Below are positions 25,949-33,052 of a stretch of DNA of 53,683 bases, in pieces. Within the stretch, counting starts at the first letter, position 1; each line of letters starts with the position of its first letter. Under the pieces are notes generated by a model that saw nothing but the letters and a program-made list of their open reading frames with translations, made no database searches and was not told the DNA's origin. The position numbers and the translations under genes were made by a program. The stretch is from positions 1 through 53,683 of the forward strand of contig WIAM01000013.1 of NCBI GenBank assembly GCA_015519965.1, written 5' to 3'. The DNA comes from Thermaceae bacterium. GTDB taxonomy: Bacteria; Deinococcota; Deinococci; Deinococcales; Marinithermaceae.

Positions 25949-26727
25949 CACTCACCCTCCCTCGCCAGAACCTGGGCCCGCCGACCGCCCTGGGCTTCGA
26001 CCCAGGCCAAAAACGCCGCCTCGGAGACCACCCGCACCGGCGCCCGCATCCAGGCGTGGCCCACGCCGCAGAGTTCGGCGCACTGGACGCGGATCCGGGG
26101 ATCTTCCTCGCTGCTGCCTTCCTCCGTCGGCGTGATGTAGAGCACGTTGGTGGTCCCGGGCACCGCGTCCACCTTGATGCGAAAGGCCGGCACCCAGAAA
26201 CTGTGCAGCACGTCCCTCGAGCGCACCACGATCTTCGCCGTCTTGCCCCTCGGCAAAACCAGCTCCTCCTGGTCGGTCAGGCCGAGCTGGGGATAGCTGA
26301 ACTTCCAGCCCCACTGCAACGCGGTGACCTCGACCACCAGGGGATCTTTCACCGCCGCCGACTTGGCGATTTCCTTCAGCCCGTAAACCCCGGGATAGAT
26401 CACGAAGGTGACGTTGAGCAAGGCGCTGATCGCCACCCACAGGCCGACGTAGAGGGGGTGGACCCGCCCGCCAACGCCACCGTCATCTTCCCCGCCCGAC
26501 CGGAATCGCGCCACCATGTAGACCAGCGAGACCACGATCAGGACGAAACCGGTCACCGCGAAATAGAGCAGGAAGAACACCGCCTCGTCGGAGACTTCGC
26601 CCTCCAGGGCATAGACCGGCGGGTAGTTGCGGATCATCCAGGGCACCAGGACCAAACTGGAAAACGCCCCAAAGACGACCCACAAAAGGGCCAGGTTCCG
26701 CCAGTCGCGCGCCTGCCGCCGATCCAT
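25948..26727 (-). CDS. ctaC: Haem-copper oxidase subunit II (CuA), no fused cytochrome c
   Basis: Start reassigned to ATG 26727. Two TM, HSFWVPAFRIKVD and CuA box CAELCGVGHAWM. No CXXCH anywhere in the protein. Confidence 0.9.
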   Translation of the reverse strand: MDRRQARDWRNLALLWVVFGAFSSLVLVPWMIRNYPPVYALEGEVSDEAVFFLLYFAVTGFVLIVVSLVYMVARFRSGGEDDGGVGGRVHPLYVGLWVAISALLNVTFVIYPGVYGLKEIAKSAAVKDPLVVEVTALQWGWKFSYPQLGLTDQEELVLPRGKTAKIVVRSRDVLHSFWVPAFRIKVDAVPGTTNVLYITPTEEGSSEEDPRIRVQCAELCGVGHAWMRAPVRVVSEAAFLAWVEAQGGRRAQVLAREGE

Positions 26728-27536
26728 CAGTGCCCTCCTTCCCGGCCCACCACCTGCACCAAGGCCCGCATCCCGGCGATGTAGTGCGCCCCCTCGCCAG
26801 CAAAGCAACCGATCTCCCAAAGCCCGCCCTTTTCCGGGACGGTAAAGCGAATCGTCAGCGACCCCCCGGGGGCGATGAGGAACATGTTGTCGCCGCGCAT
26901 CTCGTCCATCGACTTCGCGAGCTCCTCCCGCTCGGCCGCGCTCACCCAGCGCCCGACGTACATCTGCATGGCCATGGCCATCCCGCCCATGTCCATCGCT
27001 GCCGGGGGCTCGGCGTGATCTCCCCCGCCCTCGGGCGCCGCTTTCTCACCGGGCATCGCCATGCCCACGCCCGCCATACCGCCCATGGCCATGGGCTCGA
27101 GATCGCCGCCCAGGACTTTGAGGTTTGGCGCCATGATCATCTTCACCCCCCTGGCGTCGAGCACCTCGATCCGGGTCGAACCGAAAAACGGCACGTTGAA
27201 GCCGTGCCCCGGCAGCACGCCGAGCGGCCCGGAGCGCATGGCCGCCGCCTGGCCGATCATGATCTCGTGCTCGTGCCCGGTTGGGGGCAGCGCGGCGTTG
27301 ACGAGCTTGACGGTGATCGTCTCCCCGGCGTGCCACACCAGCCGCTTGGGGGCGAATCGGTAGTCCTCGAGGGCGATCACCTGCACCCCTGGGGCCGCGA
27401 ACGTCCGAAGCGGCGAGCGCGCCCTGGCGATCCACGAGATCCCCACCACGAGCGCCAAAAAGAGCACGAACCCGCCCCAAAGCGCGGGCGGGGCGCCCGG
27501 CGATCTCCTGACAGCGACGAACGACTCCTGACTCAT
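26727..27536 (-). CDS. Membrane-anchored cupredoxin-like protein with Met-rich insert
   Basis: 269 aa. SD GGGGAGGA. TM anchor ALWGGFVLFLALVVGISWI. Cupredoxin strands VQVIALEDYRFAPKRLVWHAGETITVKLVN..HEHEIMIG and GGLWEIGCFAGEGAHYIAGMRALVQVV. Met clusters MAMGGMAGVGMAMPG and AAMDMGGMAMAMQM. Confidence 0.65.
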   Translation of the reverse strand: MSQESFVAVRRSPGAPPALWGGFVLFLALVVGISWIARARSPLRTFAAPGVQVIALEDYRFAPKRLVWHAGETITVKLVNAALPPTGHEHEIMIGQAAAMRSGPLGVLPGHGFNVPFFGSTRIEVLDARGVKMIMAPNLKVLGGDLEPMAMGGMAGVGMAMPGEKAAPEGGGDHAEPPAAMDMGGMAMAMQMYVGRWVSAAEREELAKSMDEMRGDNMFLIAPGGSLTIRFTVPEKGGLWEIGCFAGEGAHYIAGMRALVQVVGREGGH

Positions 27537-27577
27537 ACGAGCATCCTCCCCATATCGATCGCGATCCTTTGCCCCCG

Positions 27578-27606
27578 TTTATATGAACGGGGCCGGCGGG
27601 CAACAA
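27578..27606 (-). promoter_or_regulatory. Promoter candidate of the cupredoxin-oxidase operon
   Basis: Minus strand TTGTTG (27606-27601), 17-nt spacer, TATAAA (27583-27578). The -10 is embedded in the imperfect palindrome CCCCGTTTATATGAACGGGG (27573-27592). Confidence 0.4.
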
Positions 27607-27618
27607 TCGGCGGGAAGG

Positions 27619-27632
27619 GGGACATATGTCCC
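27619..27632. promoter_or_regulatory. Perfect 14-bp palindrome, candidate regulator site
   Basis: GGGACATATGTCCC, centred about 20 bp upstream of the candidate -35 of the oxidase promoter, in the divergent region shared with the kinase gene. Confidence 0.35.
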
Positions 27633-27664
27633 TCACTCGGTGGACAGATTCACTTGGCTAAGGG

Positions 27665-29323
27665 GTGGCGGGGCCGGGCCGTCCCGGCGTAGACTGGGGC
27701 CGAAGCATGGCCAGGCTGCACAAACGAATCGCGACCCTGCGGACCCCGCTCGCCCTCGGGATGTCGCTGGTGGTGGCCGCCCATCACCTCGGCATCCAGC
27801 GCCTGCCGACCTCGCTCCACCTCGACTCGGAGCTCGTCCTTTACGGGGTCGTGGGGCCGGCCGTGGCCTGGGTTTTGCTGGGCTGGCTCGCCAGCAGCGT
27901 CGAAACCGCCGAACGTGAGAGCGAGGCCCACGCTCGCCGCAACCACCAGATCGAGGCGCTGCACAGCGCCACCAGGCTCCTGGCCGGGGCCAGGCGCGTC
28001 GAAGACGTGGCCCGTTCGCTCGTGAGCCTGGCGATCCAGCTGAGCGAGGCCCGCGGCGGGGCACTGATCTGGTACGCCAGCGACTCCGGCGCGAGCTGGG
28101 CCATCGCCGAGGGCAGCCTCGAGGGCTCGGCGGCGGTCGAAACCCAAACCGGTCAGGGGCCGTGCCCCGAGTGCGACCAGCCCCGCTGCGCGCTGGCCCC
28201 TGGCTGGCGGTGCGTCCCCGTCACCTTAGGACCGGAAGTTTTGGGGCTTTTCTGGCTCGATCGCCCCAGCTGGGACCCCACCACCGAGCAGAGCCTGCGC
28301 GCGCTGGGCAGCGAGATCGCCCTGGCCTGGTGGGGGTACCAGGCCCAGGGGCGCGCCCTCGCCGCCCTGAGAGACCTGGGCACCGACTTTATCGCCTCCG
28401 ACGACTTCAGCCTCGCGGCCCGGCGATTCCTGGAGCGGGTGCTGCCGGCGCTGGGGGCCAGGGCGGCGACGCTCTACGCCCGGGATGAGCGCGGAGTGAG
28501 GCCGCGGCTGGTGCTGGGGCACGAGGTTCCGCCCCCACCAGCCTTCCCCGGGGCCGCGGGCGGGCGGGTCGTCTATCTTCCCGCCGGTCGGGATGGCTTG
28601 CTCGCCATCGCCTTTCCCGCGCCCTTTGCCCTCAGGGGCCGCGATCAACAGCTCCTCGAGGTGGTCGCCACCCAGGTGGCTCTGCTCTTCCAGCTGGGTG
28701 ATGCCGCTTCCCACCTGGTGTGGCGCGAGCGCCACCGTATCGCCCGGGAACTGCACGACGGGCTGGCGCAAGACCTGGCGGCGCTCCACCTGACCTTCCG
28801 CCGTCTGGAGCGCCTCTACCCCGAGCTCGCCGACCTCGGCGAGATGGTCCTCACCATCTACGAAAAAACCCGGCAGGGCATCGAGGACCTCCAGATCGCG
28901 CCTCAGGCCGAGGAACGCCCGGCCGAGTTTCTAAGCCGCGCCGTGACCACCCTGGCCCGGCGGGAAGGGCTCGTGGCCCGATTTGATTTCCCTCCCGACC
29001 TCGAGCTTTCCGCCCAGGCCGTGGTGCAGCTGGCGCGGGTGCTGCAGGAAGCCGTCACCAACGCGGCCCGTCACGGTAAGGCGCGACGGGTCGAGGTCGG
29101 CCTCAAGCGCACGGGCAACGCCCTCCGGCTGGTGATCCGCGACAACGGCGTCGGCTTTGACCCCCACCACCTCGATCCCAAAGGTCACCACGGGCTCGCC
29201 ATCATGCGCGAACGCATCGAGGAGCTGGGGGGTGAGTTCTGGATCGAGAGCGCGCCGGGGCGGGGAACGACGCTCACAGCCAGGCTGCCCCTGAGCCCGG
29301 TGGAGAGCGGGTCGGGACGATGA
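27665..29323 (+). CDS. Sensor histidine kinase (TM + GAF-like sensor, HisKA_3 / HATPase_c)
   Basis: H-box RERHRIARELHDGLAQDLAAL. N/G boxes QEAVTNAARHG, IRDNGVGFD and GHHGLAIMRERIEELGG. An alternative ATG start lies at 27707. Confidence 0.85.
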   Translation: MAGPGRPGVDWGRSMARLHKRIATLRTPLALGMSLVVAAHHLGIQRLPTSLHLDSELVLYGVVGPAVAWVLLGWLASSVETAERESEAHARRNHQIEALHSATRLLAGARRVEDVARSLVSLAIQLSEARGGALIWYASDSGASWAIAEGSLEGSAAVETQTGQGPCPECDQPRCALAPGWRCVPVTLGPEVLGLFWLDRPSWDPTTEQSLRALGSEIALAWWGYQAQGRALAALRDLGTDFIASDDFSLAARRFLERVLPALGARAATLYARDERGVRPRLVLGHEVPPPPAFPGAAGGRVVYLPAGRDGLLAIAFPAPFALRGRDQQLLEVVATQVALLFQLGDAASHLVWRERHRIARELHDGLAQDLAALHLTFRRLERLYPELADLGEMVLTIYEKTRQGIEDLQIAPQAEERPAEFLSRAVTTLARREGLVARFDFPPDLELSAQAVVQLARVLQEAVTNAARHGKARRVEVGLKRTGNALRLVIRDNGVGFDPHHLDPKGHHGLAIMRERIEELGGEFWIESAPGRGTTLTARLPLSPVESGSGR

Positions 29324-29934
29324 TTCGGGTCATGGTGGTGGACGATCACGCGCTCTTCCGGCGTGGGCTGGTGCGCGTCCTCGAGGACGAGGGGTTCATT
29401 CTGGCGGCCGAGGCGGCGAGCGGCGAAGAAGCCCTCGAGCGCATCGAGGACCACCCGGTTGATGTGGTCCTGCTCGATCTGCACATGCCGGGGATGGGCG
29501 GGGTGGAAGCGACGCGCCGGCTCGCCGGCCGGGCCCGGGTTTTGGTGCTCACCGTCTCCGACGCCGACGACGACCTCTTCGCCGCCATCCGGGCCGGGGC
29601 CGCTGGCTACCTGACGAAGAGCGTCGAGCCGCAGCTCCTGGCCCAGGCCATCCGGCAGGTGGCCGCCGGAAAAGCGGTGCTCGATCCGGAAGTGACCACC
29701 AAGGCCCTCGAGGCCATCCGGCAGCACCCCCGACCGAACCTGCCCCAGCTCAGCCGGCGCGAGCGTGAAGTGCTCTCCCTGATCGCCAAAGGGTACGCCA
29801 ACCGGACCATCGCCGAGACGCTCGGGATCTCCGAGCATACGGTGAAGACCTATGTCCAGCGGCTCTACGAAAAGCTCGGCGTTGCGACCCGGGCCGAGGC
29901 GGCGGCGCTCGCCGCCGAGTACCGGATACGCTAA
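29320..29934 (+). CDS. NarL/FixJ-family response regulator (REC + LuxR HTH)
   Basis: VMVVDDHALFR..., DVVLLDLHMPGMGG, and HTH LSRREREVLSLIAKGYANRTIAETLGISEHTVKTYVQRLYEKLG. ATGA overlap with the kinase. Confidence 0.9.
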   Translation: MIRVMVVDDHALFRRGLVRVLEDEGFILAAEAASGEEALERIEDHPVDVVLLDLHMPGMGGVEATRRLAGRARVLVLTVSDADDDLFAAIRAGAAGYLTKSVEPQLLAQAIRQVAAGKAVLDPEVTTKALEAIRQHPRPNLPQLSRREREVLSLIAKGYANRTIAETLGISEHTVKTYVQRLYEKLGVATRAEAAALAAEYRIR

Positions 29935-29969
29935 CGCGTGCTGGGGCACAGCTGACATCTGCCATCCCT

Positions 29970-30473
29970 TCACGGCCCCTCCCAGGCCCCCATCGCCTTG
30001 GGCGTCAAAAGATCAATTCCGGCCCTGGCAATCCTTCGATCGAAGCTAAGGACCCGTTTCCCCTCGCACCGAGCCAGCTCGGCCAGAAAGGCGTCGGGAA
30101 AATCCAGGCCGCTTTCGGGGTAAGCCTTGAGGGCGGCCAGGAGGGCCTTTTCCTCCCGAGGTGCAAAGGGCCGGGCCTCGAGGAGCAGGCGGATCCCCCT
30201 GCCGCCGCCTTTTGGGAAAACCCGTAGATCCGCCCCTCCAGCACGTCGATGGCCTCCGCCACGTGCAGGGGGTGGATTTCCACCGGCCCTCCAAGCTTTG
30301 CCGCCTCCGGGGCGAAGGCGCGGGCTGCGCGGTACACGGGCTCAGGGTGCTTGGTGATCAGCCTTGGTGTCGCCCTCCACTTCCACCAGGAACTCATCTC
30401 CCAGCCTCAGCGCGAGGGCCTCCCGGACCGCCTTGGACAAAACCAGCTGGCCTTTGGTGGAAAGCCGGGTCAC
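29970..30473 (-). pseudogene. Decayed vapBC-like module (AbrB-type antitoxin N-domain fused to a frame-shifted, N-terminally deleted PIN toxin)
   Basis: Hand translation of three segments. Frame A from GTG 30473 gives VTRLSTKGQLVLSKAVREALALRLGDEFLVEVEGDTK, then a stop at 30342. Frame B (about 30360-30205) gives LITKHPEPVYRAARAFAPEAAKLGGPVEIHPLHVAEAIDVLEGRIYGF. Frame A again to stop 29970 gives IRLLLEARPF...GLDFPDAFLAELARCEGKRVLSFDRRIARAGIDLL. The segments align with the intact VapB/VapC at 50369-51018. Confidence 0.6.
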
Positions 30474-30660
30474 AGGCAAGACTTAATCCTGCCGTTAGTA
30501 AGACGAAGTAGACCGTGCTCAGAGGCGAGAGGTCCACCCCTCAAAACCCCCGACAGACCGGGCCCATACCCAGTGTAGGAAACCATGCGGAAAATGCCCC
30601 GCCCGGACAGTTCCGGGAAACCCCTTTAACTCGGCGCGGTGAAATCGGGAGACGCTCGCT

Positions 30661-31155
30661 CTAAGCGCCGGCTTCCTCGCCGCCCCGCGCGGGAAGGAAG
30701 CTTTGCGCCTGGAAGAGGTTGAGACCGGACTCCACGAGGTCCACGAGCTTTTGCATACTGGATTCTTCCTCGATCTGCTCGTTCAAGAACCACTCGATGA
30801 GCGGCACCGCGCGGAAGTCCTGCGCCTTAAGGGCGATTTCCATCATCCGCTCGAACTGGGCGGTGACCGATCGCTCGGCCTCGAGAGCACTCCTCACCGC
30901 CTCGAGGGCGCTCTCGAAATCGGGGGCCGCCGCCCGGGCTTCGGGGATGCGCGGGGCCACGTCGTTGTCGAGCAAGAAGCGGACGATCTTCATCGCATGA
31001 GCACGCTCTTCCTCGGCCTGGGCGAAGAAAAATGCGGCCCAGCCATCGAGCGAGCGGCTTTCGAAGTACACGGCGATGGCCAGGTAATGGTTGTGGGCGC
31101 TGAATTCGTGCCCGATCTGGGCCTCGAGGGCCTGGGTAAGTTCCTGACTGAGCAT
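30661..31155 (-). CDS. ftn: Ferritin (non-haem, Ftn type)
   Basis: 164 aa. Ferroxidase-centre residues in EFSAHNHYLAIAVYF and AEEERAHAMKIVRFL. Confidence 0.9.
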   Translation of the reverse strand: MLSQELTQALEAQIGHEFSAHNHYLAIAVYFESRSLDGWAAFFFAQAEEERAHAMKIVRFLLDNDVAPRIPEARAAAPDFESALEAVRSALEAERSVTAQFERMMEIALKAQDFRAVPLIEWFLNEQIEEESSMQKLVDLVESGLNLFQAQSFLPARGGEEAGA

Positions 31156-31170
31156 GGCTTTATTGTACCC

Positions 31171-31205
31171 AAAAGCAGAAGGGGGTCAGGCCGAACCTGA
31201 CCCCC
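31171..31205 (-). terminator. Rho-independent terminator after trxB
   Basis: Minus strand GGGGGTCAGG-TTCGG-CCTGACCCCC (10-bp perfect stem) followed by TTCTGCTTTT. Confidence 0.65.
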
Positions 31206-31206
31206 G

Positions 31207-31230
31207 ACCACCGCCACGGTGGTGTTTTTC
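31207..31230 (+). terminator. Plus-strand terminator-like hairpin with no plus-strand gene upstream
   Basis: ACCACCG-CCA-CGGTGGT followed by GTTTTTC, immediately back-to-back with the minus-strand terminator. Confidence 0.4.
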
Positions 31231-31280
31231 CGGAGCCTTGTATGTCAAGCTGCTTTGGCAAGAGGGTATTGAACCCCCCT

Positions 31281-31336
31281 CCTCGCCTCCCCCCAGGGGG
31301 AGGCAAAATCTTCCTCGCCCTCCCCTTGGGGAGAGG
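31281..31336. repeat. Two tandem copies of a C-rich/G-rich hairpin motif
   Basis: CCTCGCCTCCCCCCAGGGGGAGGC (31281-31304) and CCTCGCCCTCCCCTTGGGGAGAGG (31313-31336), separated by AAAATCTT. Each can fold into a 7-9 bp hairpin. Confidence 0.45.
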
Positions 31337-31408
31337 TGGGTGGGGGTTTCCGCTCTCTTTCAGCCGCTTTTCTGGGCCCCAACCGTGGCTGTCACCACGG
31401 TGGGGTAT

Positions 31409-32389
31409 TTATGCCGGGGCCCCCGCCTCTTCGCGCTCGGCCAGGTACTTCTCGGCAGTCATCGCCGCCCGCGTCCCCGCGCCCACGCTGGTGGCGAGCT
31501 GTTTGTAGATCGGGTCGGCCACGTCACCGGCGGCGAAGATGCCGGGGACCGAGGTCAAAACCTCGTCCTTCACCGCGATGTAGCCGTCGGGCCTGAGCTC
31601 GACGACCCCTTTGAGGAAGCCGGTGTTGGGCACCGACCCCACGAAGACGAAGACCCCGTCGGTGGGGTAGACGTATTCCTCGCCGGTCTTTAGGTTCTTG
31701 ACCCTGACGCCGGTGACCTGGTCCTCGCCCAAAACCTCGGTGACCACGTGGCTAAAGAGGAACTCGATCTTGGGGTTGGCAAAGGCGCGGGCCTGGGCCA
31801 CCTTGTTGGCCCGGAGCTCGTCGCGGCGGTGGATGATGGTCACCTTCTTGGCGAACTTGGTGAGGTAGACGCCTTCCTCGACCGCGGCATCGCCCCCGCC
31901 AACCACCACCACCTCCTTATCACGGTAGAAGAAGCCGTCGCAGGTGGCGCAGGTGGAAACCCCGCGGCCGTAGAACTTATCTTCGCCCGGGACCCCGAGC
32001 TTTTTGGGGTTGGCGCCGGTGGCCACGATCACCGCCTTCGCCCTGTAGTCGCGCTCAAAGCCCTTGACCACGAAGCCATCGGCGGTGATCTCGAGCCCTG
32101 TGACCTCGTCCATCACGATCTCGGCGCCGAACTTCCTGGCCTGTTCCGCCATGCGGTTGGCGAGCTCGGGGCCCTGGATGCCCTCGGGAAAGCCCGGGTA
32201 GTTTTCGACCTCTTCGGTCTGCGCGATCTGCCCCCCGGGCAGGCCCTTCTCGATGATGACCGTCTTCAAATCCGCCCGGCCGGTGTAGATGCCCGCGGTC
32301 AACCCCGCCGGCCCACCACCGATGATCACCACATCGAACGTATCATCGTTCTTGCTGGATCCGCCCAGTTCTCCAATTTTGAATTCCAT
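31409..32389 (-). CDS. trxB: Thioredoxin-disulfide reductase
   Basis: 326 aa. FAD fold [15 protein letters not shown], redox-active CATCDG, NADPH fold [13 protein letters not shown], and GIFAAGDV. Confidence 0.95.
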   Translation of the reverse strand: MEFKIGELGGSSKNDDTFDVVIIGGGPAGLTAGIYTGRADLKTVIIEKGLPGGQIAQTEEVENYPGFPEGIQGPELANRMAEQARKFGAEIVMDEVTGLEITADGFVVKGFERDYRAKAVIVATGANPKKLGVPGEDKFYGRGVSTCATCDGFFYRDKEVVVVGGGDAAVEEGVYLTKFAKKVTIIHRRDELRANKVAQARAFANPKIEFLFSHVVTEVLGEDQVTGVRVKNLKTGEEYVYPTDGVFVFVGSVPNTGFLKGVVELRPDGYIAVKDEVLTSVPGIFAAGDVADPIYKQLATSVGAGTRAAMTAEKYLAEREEAGAPA

Positions 32390-32465
32390 CGTCGTCCCCC
32401 CAAATACCTTCCCCGAGTATACCGCTCGGGTTTCAAGAAGACGAGGCCCGAGTCGCGCCCATCCC

Positions 32466-32541
32466 TGGTGACCCCAGGGGGATTCGAACCCCCGTCTCCG
32501 CCGTGAGAGGGCGGTATCCTAGGCCACTAGACGATGGGGCC
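32466..32541 (-). tRNA. tRNA-Glu (anticodon CTC), CCA encoded
   Basis: Minus strand GGCCCCATCGTCTAGTGGCCTAGGATACCGCCCTCTCACGGCGGAGACGGGGGTTCGAATCCCCCTGGGGTCACCA. Acceptor GGCCCCA/TGGGGTC, anticodon stem CCGCC/GGCGG with loop CTCTCAC, and a GTTCGAATC T-loop. Confidence 0.9.
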
Positions 32542-32563
32542 AGAATGCGACTCGGACCTCCTT

Positions 32564-32638
32564 TGGTGACCCCTAGGGGACTTGAACCCCTGCCGCCGGC
32601 TTGAAAGGCCGGTGACCTAACCACTAGTCGAAGGGGCC
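32564..32638 (-). tRNA. tRNA-Glu (anticodon TTC), CCA encoded
   Basis: Minus strand GGCCCCTTCGACTAGTGGTTAGGTCACCGGCCTTTCAAGCCGGCGGCAGGGGTTCAAGTCCCCTAGGGGTCACCA. Anticodon stem CCGGC/GCCGG with loop CTTTCAA. Confidence 0.9.
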
Positions 32639-32641
32639 AGG

Positions 32642-32715
32642 TGGCTGGGGCGCGTGGACTCGAACCACGACCGGCGGATCCAGAGTCCGCTGTCCTGCCA
32701 TTAGACGACGCCCCA
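32642..32715 (-). tRNA. tRNA-Gln (anticodon CTG), CCA encoded
   Basis: Minus strand TGGGGCGTCGTCTAATGGCAGGACAGCGGACTCTGGATCCGCCGGTCGTGGTTCGAGTCCACGCGCCCCAGCCA. U1-A72 acceptor pair typical of bacterial tRNA-Gln, anticodon stem GCGGA/TCCGC with loop CTCTGGA. Confidence 0.85.
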
Positions 32716-32745
32716 TTGCGTGCCCGGACAAGCCAGGCAAAGCCT

Positions 32746-32774
32746 ATGCTAGCCAATCGAGCCCGATTTGACAA
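32746..32774 (-). promoter_or_regulatory. Promoter candidate of the tRNA cluster
   Basis: Minus strand TTGTCA (32774-32769), 17-nt spacer, TAGCAT (32751-32746). The tRNA-Gln 5' end lies 30 nt downstream of the -10. Confidence 0.55.
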
Positions 32775-33052
32775 GTCCCATCGCCCTGGGCATCCTGAAA
32801 GGCATGACCCCCTTCGCCATGGGTATGGTCCGGGCATTTTTCTGGCTCTTTCCGCTCCTCTTCGCTTACCTTGCCGCCAGGGCGCGCCCGGGAAGAGTCA
32901 AAAGCGGCCTCCTGATCGCCGCCCTCGTCACCGCCGCGGCGATCAAGCCGCTGCCGCTGGGGTTTCTCCTCGCCGGAGCGGGGTATCTGCTGGCGCTTTT
33001 CCCTAGCGGCCGAAGGACCGCATCCACCAAAGGCCAAGCCCCAAGGCGATGA
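32768..33052 (+). CDS. Possible small membrane protein (hypothetical)
   Basis: 94-aa ORF (TTG start; an ATG lies at 32804) with two or three hydrophobic segments and high GC3. It overlaps the convergent LptF/G-like gene end by 50 nt, so it is uncertain. Confidence 0.3.
   Translation: MTSPIALGILKGMTPFAMGMVRAFFWLFPLLFAYLAARARPGRVKSGLLIAALVTAAAIKPLPLGFLLAGAGYLLALFPSGRRTASTKGQAPRR

Noticed and set aside
24191-26140. 649-aa plus-strand ORF antisense to oxidase subunit I
   Set aside because: Shadow ORF. Subunit I on the minus strand has all canonical haem/CuB ligand motifs.
30541-30660. Terminator or small RNA between ferritin and the vapBC remnant
   Set aside because: Only 4-5 bp stems (CCCGG/CCGGG, CCCG/CGGG) with modest T runs, which is too weak to call by eye.
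31281-31336. CRISPR array or mini-array
   Set aside because: Only two imperfect copies with an 8-nt spacer, and each copy is itself a hairpin. There are no cas genes in the window, and nowhere is there a regular repeat-spacer periodicity.
29935-32774. Integrated mobile element or genomic island next to the tRNA cluster (decayed TA module, ferritin, trxB)
   Set aside because: No integrase, recombinase or transposase. No direct repeat of a tRNA 3' end was seen. Gene content is housekeeping, and only the vapBC remnant hints at past mobility.
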